Shown here piece after piece: positions 49,489 to 60,702 of a DNA stretch of 64,000 nucleotides; position 1 is the first letter of the stretch, and every line of letters starts with the position of its first letter. The notes beneath the pieces are model-generated. The model did not search any database, had not been told where the DNA came from, and was given only the letters and a program-made list of their open reading frames with translations. This DNA comes from Basidiobolus meristosporus CBS 931.73 (Eukaryota > Fungi > Basidiobolomycota). Location of the stretch: assembly GCA_002104905.1 (NCBI GenBank), contig MCFE01000404.1, positions 1 through 64,000 of the forward strand, read 5' to 3'. Both the position numbers and the translations under genes were made by a program.

Positions 49489-49616
49489 TTAGGGTTAGGC
49501 GAGGGCGAGGCTGAGGCTGAGGCGGAGGGCGAGATGCATCAAGTAGATCATCAGGAATGGTGGTCAATGGACATGATGGGATAGGGGGAGGTTAAGGGTT
49601 AGGGCTAGGGTTAGGG
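49489..49616 (+). promoter_or_regulatory. Cluster of TTAGGG-type (telobox/Tbf1-like) motifs in the divergent RPL31 / transporter promoter
   Basis: TTAGGGTTAGG at 49489-49499 and TTAAGGGTTAGGGCTAGGGTTAGGG at 49592-49616. Function is inferred. Confidence 0.4.
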
Positions 49617-49897
49617 CTCGCCCGGCCAGATCTGTTCAACAATCATTGTTTGAGTTTAAGCCTAGTTTGGGTTGATATGATGCTATCAAACTACATTGGT
49701 TGATAATAACATTATGACAGGAAGTAGATTCTCACATCGAGATGCAAACCTCTCTGCCTTCAATCTCAACCACAGAGGCTTCAATATAATAGAGCTCCAT
49801 ATCTATTCGCTCTTGAGAATAAGTCTGCTTTGCCATTGATCACTCCATGAAAGCTTGTAGATAACTTTATCTTTCCCTCTCCTTGTTCGTACCAACC

Positions 49898-51559
49898 ATG
49901 AGCGCAAATCATCGACAGTTAAAGGAACAGTCTCCTGAGGATCTCGAGGAACAAAACATGTCCAATACCTCGAATTTTGTTGTGGACGACGACGAAGATG
50001 CACTCTTGTCCAAGTCTAGCTCGCCACGAGAATCACTCGAGGATCTAGATCCGTTGGCCATAAACCCATTCGAGGACCCTTCTCAGAGCCAAGCAAACGC
50101 AATGGCACCCGAGGTTGAGAAAACGGTGCCTGATTCGACCACTTCCCTGAATAATGAAACCCTCTTGAAGAAAGTCTGCCTCAACTTGTTCTACATTCTC
50201 ACTTGGTAAGCTCCCGTCTATTTGCAACCTAGGATATAGTACCTTTGGGGACAATACCAACAATTTCACGCAGGTACATCTTTTCCACCGGGATTTCCTT
50301 ATACAACAAATGGATGGTTGATAAAAGCCACTTCAACTTCCCTTATCCGTTGTTTATCACGTCGATGCACCAAGTGATGCAATTTATCTGCTCCGGCCTA
50401 TGCCTGTTGATATTTCCTTCTTTGAGGCCCACTTGCCATCCCTCCAAGAAAGACTACGGGTATGTATGAGTGTGTATAGGATGTAGAACTCGTCGCTTAT
50501 CCATGTTCATTATGTCAACAGTACCAAAATTGTTCCCTGCGGAGTAGCCACTGGATTGGATATCGGTTTATCCAACTCCAGCCTTAAAACGATCACCCTA
50601 TCTTTTTACAGTACGTACTTCCCCCGTCAAGTTGAGCTTGTCCATCGCTAAACTTGCATTGCCATATTGCAGCCATGTGTAAATCATCGTCCCTGGCGTT
50701 TGTGTTGATGTTTGCGTTCCTGTTCAGACTGGAGAAGCCCACCGTGAAATTGATTGGGATCATTCTCATCATTTCGATTGGCGTTCTACTGATGGTTGTG
50801 TCTGAAACCTCTTTCGTGCTTGTGGGGTTGGTATCATTGCAGTAGGCACGAGGGTTCATTGATTGTGACTCAACATTCCTTTTTAGATTTATCCAAGTCA
50901 TGACCGCCGCGCTTCTTGGCGGTCTTCGTTGGTCTCTGACCCAAATCCTACTGAAAAAAGAATCGATGGGACTTCACAATCCCATGGCAACCATCTTCTT
51001 CTTGGCTCCTATCATGTGGGGATCTCTCCTAATCTGCGCCATAGCCATCGAGGGCCTCGGCGACATGCTGCACTCGCCGTTCTTCGCCAACTTCGCCACC
51101 GCATGCCACACGATGCTGTACATTCTGTTCGGCGGATTGATGGCGTTCCTAATGGTTTCCGCCGAATTCATGTTGATCTCGCGTACATCTGTTGTGACTC
51201 TCTCGGTAGCAGGCATTTTCAAGGTACCCTCCCAAACCATCACGCGCCCAGCCTTTCATACTCTCACACATGGTGCGCTTTCTTAGGAAGTGGTGACTAT
51301 TTTCGTCTCCATTGCTACCTTTGGCGATACGGTTACTTGGATCAACATAGTTGGCCTATGCATCACCCTGTTCGGCATTGGGCTGTACAATTGGCTGAAG
51401 ATCCATCAAATGAAACGCAAAAACATGGAAACCGGTTATACCAAAATCAACCAGGTGAGCATGGGCGAAGACGGGGTGTTCATGGCCAATGTAGTCAATG
51501 CTACGGCCGAGTGGGACGAAGAAACGCTGGAGATGACAAGGACCCGGTGGAATCTCTAG
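49898..51559 (+). CDS. Nucleotide-sugar/triose-phosphate transporter family protein (SLC35C2/Ymd8-like), about 6 exons
   Basis: W/YIFSTGISLYNKW, FPYPLFITSMHQVMQF, ATGLDIGLSNSSL..ITLSFYT/MCKSSSLAFVLMFAFLFRLE, GLRWSLTQILL, TSVVTLSVAGIFK/EV. Confidence 0.88.
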
Positions 51560-52159
51560 TGCCTCCCATCCCTCGCCCACTCTTTTGCCCGATCACCTGC
51601 TCCCAGGAATGGATGGGATGGAAAGCCTGACACGACCCACTTTTCACTCCACAAATACTAACAGTGTTCCAGCTCTTCCAAACTCTTCTAGTCCATGTAC
51701 AATACCCATTCTTTACTCGTCTGCTTCCTCTCCATGTTGACAGACACGAATTGTTGGCCATTAAACTTCATACGAAAGATATCAAAGAGCACTGCTGCGA
51801 TGTTTTATTTTGGCCGGTGTCGTCGAGGGAGGGGTGGGTTATATCTGGAAATCGGGGAAGTTGATTGGCACAGGTTGTTTACTGTTTTGAAAACAACCTA
51901 GTCTATTTTAGTTGAGTGATTATTTACATGAAATCATATGGTGGTAATGGGTGGGGAAGTTGACAGGAGAGAGTCTGGTCAAAACAATGAAAAAAACCAT
52001 GGCTTTGGCGGGATGTTCAAGGGTGATATCCTGCTAATGGCCCGGGAAATGTTGGGATTTTTATCGATCAAAAAGTGGTCCACTTTAAATTCAGCTGCTC
52101 CGGTTCACTCGAACCCATCAAGCCTTTCTCTCTCTCACCTCGATTGACATATATCCCCG

Positions 52160-52848
52160 ATGGCCAGTAACGTCGCTTCCGCTCAAACTTCCGCCCCCGA
52201 TGGCTTCTCAGTTACCAAGCGGTAGGTGCTCAGGAGCAATTGCGTCTTGGAATTCCAAACTAAACCCAGGTTGTCATAATTTCTGCCGTTCAACAGCCTC
52301 AGTAGCGAGCTCATGTCGTTGATGGTAATTTTTTGCTGGTGTCTGTTTTCTGAGGAAGACGCTAATTCCCTTGGGGTTTCATACAGATGTCTGCCATTCC
52401 TGGTATCTCTGCTTTTCCTGATTCCGACAATATGCTGAGCTGGGTTGGAACTCTGTCTGGTGTGGCCGGCACAGTAAGTGCATTTCAACCCTTCTGTCGG
52501 TTAACCCGTTAGCTTACCTGATTGCAGTACTACGAAGGCCTTACTTTCAAGCTCTCCATGAAATTCCCACCAAACTACCCATACTCTGCGCCCACCATCA
52601 AATTCGATACACCTTGCTACCACCCCAATGTAGATATGGAAAGCGGGGCTATCTGTTTAGACATCCTGAAGGAGCAGTGGTCCGCCGTATACAACGTTCA
52701 GACTATTCTTCTGTCCCTACAGAGTCTGTTAGGAGAACCTAATAACGACAGCCCACTGAACCCTGAGGCAGCCCAGCTTTGGGATTGCACCGAAGAATTC
52801 AAAGCCAAATTGGCCCAGACCTATCAAGTCCCCGAGGACAAAGAGTAA
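52160..52848 (+). CDS. UBE2C: Ubiquitin-conjugating enzyme E2-C (UbcH10/Ubc11 type), 4 exons
   Basis: [101 protein letters not shown]. Confidence 0.9.
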
Positions 52849-53166
52849 GTCCCGTGTAGAACACCCACCCCACCCCACCTGAACCTGTACTATCTCGCTA
52901 GCGAAAAATTATTCCTTAATGGTCCACATTAACCTTGTATTTGTAATGATTTTTCTTTGTCTTATTGGTCAATCTTCAAAAACAAACTGATCACTTGTAT
53001 GTGTGACTTGATTAAAGTGAATTGAGTCATGACGAAATGAATGAATGCTGCTACAATTCGCATTGGCTTGACAAATGAAAAGTAATTAAATGTCAGTTGG
53101 GAGGATCATAGCTCTGACGTTTACTTTGAAATGAATGCAGATGTTGATCCAGGTAGGCAGGGAAGG

Positions 53167-53796
53167 TCAATCGAACTCTTGAAGCTTGGAAATCAAGCCT
53201 GGAGTCCATACATCAAAGCAACCAGCCTCACAAATCCCATCGACTGTTCGATGGAATTCTGTCAGTTGTAATCGAACGATGGCCTCCACTTCCCGACTAT
53301 TGGAGTCAATAGAGCTCGCCTCTAACGACAGATTCCTCGCAAAATCCCCGTCCACTTCGGTCAATATCTTGATCTTGTCTATGACGCCAGCCCGAGTCCG
53401 CTCCAGCACATCTTGGAGGTAGAAAATGATTGATCCTGGGGAGCCGCACACCTCCGGACAATAGTAGTTTGGACAGCCCTCAAGGTCGGTTCGTTGGCAT
53501 CTGGCATGGAACTTATCAAATATCCCATGGTGCATGATGTTGGATAGGTCGCTGGAAACCTCTTCATGGAGTTTGCCAACGGCTCTGCTTACAGCCGACT
53601 TTAGACGGGGCTCATCGTTGGCCTTGGAAGACAATGCTGTGACAAGCTCCTCTTCGAACGAAGTCAGTGTTTCGACAACGACTGGCCGATACCGTAAGGA
53701 GAATTCTTGATCCATAGCCACCTTGCAGTCCCTCTCACAGCCGTAAGTGCCGGTCAACAATAAGGAAGTCAAGGTAAGTAACGAAAAGAACTTCAT
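53167..53796 (-). CDS. Secreted 8-Cys helical protein of unknown function, paralog B (209 aa from the second ATG)
   Basis: Signal peptide MKFFSLLTLTSLLLTGTYG, TATATAA near 53835, intronless. Shares GIF.K.HARC-x7-CPNYYC.EVCGSPGSII.YL.DVL.RTR.GVI with paralog A. Confidence 0.85.
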   Translation of the reverse strand: MKFFSLLTLTSLLLTGTYGCERDCKVAMDQEFSLRYRPVVVETLTSFEEELVTALSSKANDEPRLKSAVSRAVGKLHEEVSSDLSNIMHHGIFDKFHARCQRTDLEGCPNYYCPEVCGSPGSIIFYLQDVLERTRAGVIDKIKILTEVDGDFARNLSLEASSIDSNSREVEAIVRLQLTEFHRTVDGICEAGCFDVWTPGLISKLQEFD

Positions 53797-53938
53797 ATTC
53801 GATTGATGATTGACGGCCAACCAAATGGCAACTTATATAACTTCCCCAATGCGGGCTTTGCTACCAAACAGGTGAACCTTATCTTGGATAAGATTGAGGT
53901 TGGCTGAGCCCAAAAAGGCTGGTTCACAAAATTCATTC

Positions 53939-54002
53939 AATAGGGTGAATGTGAGTACCATCTCGTGGAATAGGGTGAATGTGATTACCATCTGGTGGAA
54001 TA
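53939..54002 (+). repeat. 30-bp tandem duplication in the promoter of secreted paralog B
   Basis: AATAGGGTGAATGTGA(G/T)TACCATCT(C/G)GTGG occurs twice, followed by AATA. Confidence 0.85.
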
Positions 54003-54093
54003 AGGCATACTATCTACTACAGGCACAGAAATATATAATTAACAATCAAATACAAATATGAACTTGGGTATAGAATGTTTATGTGTCAAAGGG

Positions 54094-55423
54094 TCAGCGA
54101 CAAAGAACCACACAAGGAGCAAAGATGGACGTGGCAATACTATACCACCACGAGGTATTCTCGGGGGGAAGATAGGCGGGGGTGAGGTCGGAAGAAATGG
54201 CCAATTTACACATGGGACAGGTGCCAGACTTCGTTGTCAGCCAAGGGTCGATGCAGTCAACGTGATATATATGACAGCAAGGTAGCTCGCGGACTTCGTC
54301 ACCAACCTTGAAATCATCCAAACATACTGCGCACACACTTTGGGCAGCCTCCTCATTTTCCGACTTGAATTCAGGTGGTGAGGCCATATGATGAGGGTCA
54401 TAGGCTGGCGGCGGCTCCATCACCACGGCACAGTGGGTCTTCTGAGAACGCAAGTCGCCGTTTCCGTACCATGTTTGGATGGGGAATTTATCCAGCGCAC
54501 TCTTGTGAATCACCATCATCTCAGTGCCGTCCGGGATGTTATTACGAATCGCGTAATTGCGACGGAGGCGATAGAGGTGACAATGCATAGCCACTGAGTG
54601 ATAATCAGGAAATTAGTTGGGAATGATCAGACTGTTGAATGGCTAAATGTGGCCTACCTGAAATGACCAGCGCCAAAAATAGAAGTATCACCACAATAAT
54701 CAGTGTGAATTCCCAGACGCTTGGAGACGAGCGCTCATTAGGAAGCATGACCAACTTCATCTGTTTCTTAAGCGTATTGGATGTCCCGGTCAGCTGCTGC
54801 TGATTACTGTCTGTAATGTCCTGAGCCATCTGGGTACCTTTGTCTGCATCAACAATGAACACTGGAATCACGATGGGATTGGAGAAATGGGCGTTCTTGA
54901 GATCGATATCTCCACCATCCGAGTAGATTATCACACCCCGAGCTAGACTGTTCTGGGCGTAAGTAGCCTGCCACTCCAGGGTGCAGTTTTTGAGTGCCAT
55001 GAGGGCTATCCGGGAATATTGTGGTCGCTGATGAGCTGCTATTGTGGGGGTCTAGGGGCTCCCTGGCAAGGAACATCTATAACAAAGCCAATTCCCTAAA
55101 TTTCATTCGACGCTTAACTTCCGATACATAGCTAGGTAAATACTGAACACACCCATTACCTCAAGACCTTTGCTGCCTAAGGGGCTGGTGTTAGGGACCA
55201 CTTGGACACCAGAGGCAATCTCAACAGGGGCTATGGTCTTGTCCGAACTGATATTATTAGTACTAGTATCTAAGTAAACGGTCTCTTGACGTATGCTAGG
55301 ATTGCTTCCACCAAATAGACCACCAGCTACTAACTGGAGGTTAAGAAAAGCTAGCAGTAGACAAACTACAGACAACCGGTGCCTGGTAGACCACCCAGCG
55401 GTCGCCTTGTTTGTGATGTACAT
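54094..55423 (-). CDS. PA-domain transmembrane RING-H2 E3 ligase (RNF13/GRAIL/RMR-like), 3 exons, apparent frameshift near 55048
   Basis: Signal peptide, PA-like RIALMALKNCT..QA..AQ...ARGVIIY..IPVFIV, TM WEFTLIIVVILLFLALVIS, and RING-H2 CAVCLDDFKVGDEVRELPCCHIYHVDCIDPWL..KSGTCPMCK. Confidence 0.87.
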
Positions 55424-56184
55424 GACAGACTAGCGTGTCGCAGAAGGAAGTTGGTACGAAGGAAGCAGCGTATCAATGGGAGTATTATGGAAAGTCAAGC
55501 AAAAATCAACCAAGAACAGTAGGAAAGTATGAAACTAGGAATGTCGGTAGTAGCAGCCTTGTACTCTATATTCAAATGAAAGAAAATCACTGAAAGGGGC
55601 GTGGATTCGGAACAAGAGATTGGTGAACACAAATAGGATAATGCAGCTATAATAAATGTATTGTTCGGTCAAGAATCGTCATGGCAATCGTTCCCCTCAT
55701 TTAATTGATGGGGGTACAAACACAATATATTGGAATTGATCAGCTAATGGAGATGGAATTTAAGCAGAATTATCCAGAACTGTACATAAGCTGTCGAGAA
55801 AGGTGTCCAACGCAAATTAATGCAAATTGATACTTCTAGGATTAACGTGGTCCCTGTGTTACACGGTTACTGGAAAAGAATAACCGGATTGGTGGGTGTA
55901 TATTACAATTGGTTTCGGACCCCGGATGGAGCAATCGATTTCTATGTTGAGCATCAAGTCATAAACATATTGGCAAATTAGGCAAGTGGGATTTAATAGC
56001 TCCAATATACGCACTAAACCTGACAATGCCTATAGGAGAACATCCATCCTGCAGTCGAGGATAGAGGATACAGGATACAGAATCGACAATGGATAATGAT
56101 GGATTATTTATTGCGGAATTCGGCGGAATTCAATTAAATACAGTTTTTACAAAATGTGCAAGTGTGGTCAGGACGCCTGGAAGT

Positions 56185-56862
56185 CTAGTTGTTCATCAGC
56201 AGATTAACGAATGCATTGTAGTCAACAAAGCCGCTGTTATCTTTATCCACTTCGTGAAGGAACTCTTCCACCTCGTTTTCCGTGAGTTGCTCGCCAAACG
56301 TGGTTAGGACTGCGAAATGTTAATAGACTGCTAATGAAGTGCTGTTGAAATGTCCATATTTACCATAACGGAGCTCGCCGATGGAGATGAGGCCAGAGCC
56401 ATCCATGTTGAATACCTCAAAGATGTCGGGGGAACTTTTGTAAGCACTTTCAATGTTTGCACCTCCGCCCCTGTACAAGATATCAAGAAAGACAGCAAAA
56501 TCGATCTTTTTCCCTCCTGTAAGGGTGATTAGAAATTAAAATGGACTTATATGATCTACTTTTATTGCTTACTTACCAAAGGCGCTATAGATGGAGTTCA
56601 ACTCAGCTTCAGTGGGGTTCTGGCCCAATGTTCGAAGCAATTGCCCGACAGAAGCTGGAGGAATAGAGCCGTCGCCGTGTATATCGTGAAGAGAAAACAC
56701 CTCCTTGTATTCTATTGCAGTGTTAGCATTGCTTCCACGAGGAGGAACCTCAAACTACAATACCATTAAGTCGCTGCTCAGAGATATTCGCAATGCAGGC
56801 CTAAGGCGAAATGAATGAGTGAAAGTATAACGGAGGTGAAATAATAGGTTTGAACATACCAT
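56185..56862 (-). CDS. EF-hand protein, myosin light chain (Mlc1/Cdc4-like) or calmodulin-like; 5 exons, first exon is ATG only
   Basis: Spliced EYKEVFSLHDIHGDGSI..VGQLLRTLGQNPTEAEL..IDFAVFL..FEVFNMDGSGLISIGELRY/VLTTFGEQLTENEVEEFL..DKDNSGFVDYNAFV. The EF loops are mostly non-canonical. Confidence 0.85.
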
Positions 56863-57703
56863 GATGTTTTTTACAGTTCAAAGAGAGTGTGTATGTTCAA
56901 TGAGGAAAACTTGCCACTCCAGTACGACATTTATATTGAGTGGAGGAGTTATTGGACACAAGGTCAATGGTAAACAAAAGATTTGTTTAGAATTAGCCAT
57001 ATATATCCAATTCCAGAATTCAGCCAACCAGCATGAGTTGTAAACGCAATCTTTCATATACAATACCACGCTCTACTTATATGATTATTTTATTGTTTTA
57101 GTAAAGTCAAAATCATCTTATAGAGCCACCTCCTGAAATTTCATCGCGTAGGACTGAGAAAACGCGACGTAAGCATCAATCCAAGTTTACCTAATTAGGT
57201 GCAGCTTTGGCGCTTCCCTCATTTATGCACGCTTTGCCCATTTTGTTTATCTTAATCACTATCGATTTCGTTATTGATTAGCGGCATTGGTATGGCAGGT
57301 GGTTGAAATGGAGAGGACATTTATCGCTGACAATTCCGCAGAGCGCTGGGCTAAATAGTCCGACAGCACCTACACTTTCAGCATATGTAGAATTCTCTGG
57401 AACGGACAAGTATCAACAAGCACCTTAAATGGTTGCAAAATACTGGCTAGATTAGCCTGGAAGATATCGATATGATTCTATGGATACATGGATAGCATTT
57501 TTTTCGAAAATGGGATGATTCTGCCATCAGAGTCATCCAATCAGTCGAGGCTTCGCTCCTTTTTGGGACCACCGTTCCCAGCGTTGGCTTCCTTTAAAAC
57601 CATCGGATTTCTTGGCATTTTTATGCCCTATCCCTCATCCTTGTCAGCAGCCTCGCAAGTCCACACTTTCTAAACTCGATTAGACTTTTCATCGCCTTTC
57701 GTC

Positions 57704-58438
57704 ATGCCGGTTGTTGAAACTGTCGGTGGTTTCATAGGGGTTGCCATCGTTAGCTCGGTGGTGGCTCGTAGAATTCGTGAAAAGCGACATAAAGAGAAGG
57801 TGAACAACTTGATACAAGACTTGTGGATACGTCGCAACTTCACATACGGCAGTCCAGAGGTGATTCCTGGCGATTTACCTAATGGAAGCTTCACTACACA
57901 AATGTATGATAGTCAAGTACTGTCGCGAATCAACTATCATCCTGGCATATCTGTCTCTGTCGTGCCAGACATAATAGCGCCACCCATACACCTGCACCAC
58001 GAGAATTTATTCACATCGCATTCATCGAATATACCCATTGCTTCTCTTCCAACTTTGTCTGGCTACAGCACTGGCCATTCCTCGAGAGAGTTCGACGAGA
58101 ACATTGAACTGTCTTTGAGAAATCTTCCAACCCCACCTAGTTGTATAGTGCGACGTGAAATCCCCTCTGCCCCAATCATTGATGCCACAGCTGATAGAGT
58201 ATGCTTAGAGGCTCCGATGGTTACTGCCGCACAACAGGTGCCTAGTGCTCCCGAGTTGGGGGATATTGAGTTGTGCTCAGCCACTCCCCGCAGCGACAAT
58301 TCTATTCCTTCGGCGAGGACACAGCATAACATTTCTGATGCAGGTGTTGATTGCAGAGTTGACTCGGAGGTCGAATCGGACGAAGATAGAAGTTCCATGG
58401 AAAGTTTTTACAGTTGTTCCTCGACTCTTGAGGAGTGA
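57704..58438 (+). CDS. Hypothetical protein with an N-terminal membrane anchor and a disordered tail (244 aa)
   Basis: Hydrophobic VGGFIGVAIVSSVVA followed by the basic RRIREKRHKEK, then a P/S-rich tail containing two PSAP motifs. Confidence 0.6.
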   Translation: MPVVETVGGFIGVAIVSSVVARRIREKRHKEKVNNLIQDLWIRRNFTYGSPEVIPGDLPNGSFTTQMYDSQVLSRINYHPGISVSVVPDIIAPPIHLHHENLFTSHSSNIPIASLPTLSGYSTGHSSREFDENIELSLRNLPTPPSCIVRREIPSAPIIDATADRVCLEAPMVTAAQQVPSAPELGDIELCSATPRSDNSIPSARTQHNISDAGVDCRVDSEVESDEDRSSMESFYSCSSTLEE

Positions 58439-58769
58439 GCAAATGACCTAACCCACCTGTCGCAACTTTCTGAATTCGAGTGTTTACTGCACGCCTTGTA
58501 AATATTTTCATTCCATACACACTTTCACACACCCAACCCAATCCGACCTGTCCGTTCACACCCTTTCAATGAGGGCTAATTATATATACGACATATTCGT
58601 GATTATAAATATAAATATACCATCCGATCATTATTTTCTTTTATATATTCTATTACTGCTATTTGGACCGACCAGGGGAGAAACGAATATTTACAAATAA
58701 GCGCGAAATTCAAATCTATGATTAGCCGTATGAAGTCCCTAATTGCGGAGGCTGAGGGATGCAAAGGGT

Positions 58770-60198
58770 TCATACGTGACCGAACGATGCAGATGCGAAG
58801 CCGATAGCGAGTAGCCCGACAAAGAACCAAACAACGACCGTATTTCCCTTGGTGTCATATCTGAATGCGGATGGCAACATTCCTTGCACGACGATGAATG
58901 TCATCAACCCAGAGGTTGCCGCAAACACTACGCCGTACAGAGTGGTCAATGAGCTGGGTTGGATTTCGTTCAATAGAATGTAGCCTAGAAGAGCACCTAA
59001 TGGCTGTGACAAGCCACCCAGAATTCCCGCATAGAGGAATGCTTTGGTGGAGGATCCAGTAGACGCATATAAGGGGATAGAGATCATCAGTCCTTCGGGA
59101 ATGTTATGGATCGCAATAGCCAAGAAGAGTCCAAAGCCGAGAGAAGAAGAGACATGGTTGCCCAAGAACATGATTAAGCCCTCTGCAATTGAATGAGTTT
59201 AGTATTGTTCTTGGGGGAGTGTTGGGTGTTGAAGTGCTTACCAGGGAATTTGTGGATGGCAATGGCTACAGCGGTTTGAATTCCGACACTTAGGAGCTTC
59301 AGTTTTTCTTTCGTTTCGGTTTCTACGGCAGCAACATCGGCCATGCACACTGGTTCATGACAGTGAACAGATGTCCTTCTGTGCAACGTTTCGCATTGCT
59401 TCTGTTCATCTTGATTATCATGATGATGGTGGTGATGGTGATGGACGTGAGCCTCATTAGCGTGGTTATGTCCGTCGTGATGTGAGTGATTTTCATGGGT
59501 ATCAGGACAGGTGACATCTGGTGTATAAGAATGACAATGTTCGGACTGAGTACCATACGATGCATTGGAGGCGTCATGTGGTTGAAGTAATCTGCTAGTT
59601 TCATGGCCATTTGCACTTTGCTTATTATCAATGGGGGAGGTTCCAATGTGGGCCTCCTCATCAATCTCTTCAATAGGAGGATGGCAAGGGCAGATGTCGT
59701 GAGGAGATATCCACTGAATCAGGCGGTTTAGCAGGAAGGCTAGCACGATGCCAAGGGCAAACATGCTTATTATTGTTACGTCCACGTATCTACCAACGGT
59801 TTCAGACTCAGCTAGGAAGTGTCGAGCCTCAGGCAGAAGTATAACTAAACTCGAGTATAACTAAATAAAAGTTAGGTGGAAAGGTTCAAATGATCACCTT
59901 TATGCTGATGAATTACCATAATTCCAGAAGCCAAGCCCAAGGACGCAGCCAAGAATGTTTTGGATTCTGTAATACGAAAATCGCTTTTGAAAACCCTCAG
60001 TGAAATTCCATCTATATACACGATAGATGCTAGACGAAGGAACACCGCCATCAGGTTAGAAAAAACGCAACAACAAAAAGATGAGTGTGCATACATACCC
60101 CCCAAAATACAGGCCATGCTAGAGCCAAAGATCAAATACCAGGTTTCGGCCGAATTCGACATGCTCTCTTGTAAGACACTTGCGGAAAACCAAGACAT
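58770..60198 (-). CDS. ZIP-family zinc transporter (Zrt3-like), about 4 exons, long His-rich loop
   Basis: SSMACILG/ASIVYID..FLAASLGLASGIM, AVAIAIHKFP/EG, LAIAIHNIPEGLMISIPLY, GGLSQPLGALLG, and an H8 run in the loop. Confidence 0.9.
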
Positions 60199-60702
60199 TC
60201 TGTAGTAGTGAAATTCAGGGAGTACTCAAAGGAGATTTGAGTAAAGAGAAATGAAGAACTGTCAAGCGGAATAAAGGGCTATATAGCGGTAAAATGGACA
60301 CCGTGTGCATATTAAATCAACCATGACCTAACCTTTTACCCCAGTTTTACCATTCTATTGACTAGTTTTTTTCCAATCGAAGGGTATTTTTGGAAGAATG
60401 CTCTAATCTTTGGCCTATTGGATGACTAATAGCTCTCTGATCGAGTACCTCTTAGGTTGTCACATGGGCCAATGGGAGTATGCTTGTTGACAGATATATG
60501 AAAATCGCTCATATCTGCGGATGTAACAACTACGAAGGTACCCTTATAGTGTTCATGCGCGAGTTGACTTATCCCTACATCAAGTTGAGACCATTCTAGA
60601 CAATTAGGTGCTTATCAAAACATCGATTTGGAAATGTTGATTATAATCATGTGTTGTTTATTATTAATGTATTATGAGTCATTCGAACAGCTTGTAAAAA
60701 AT

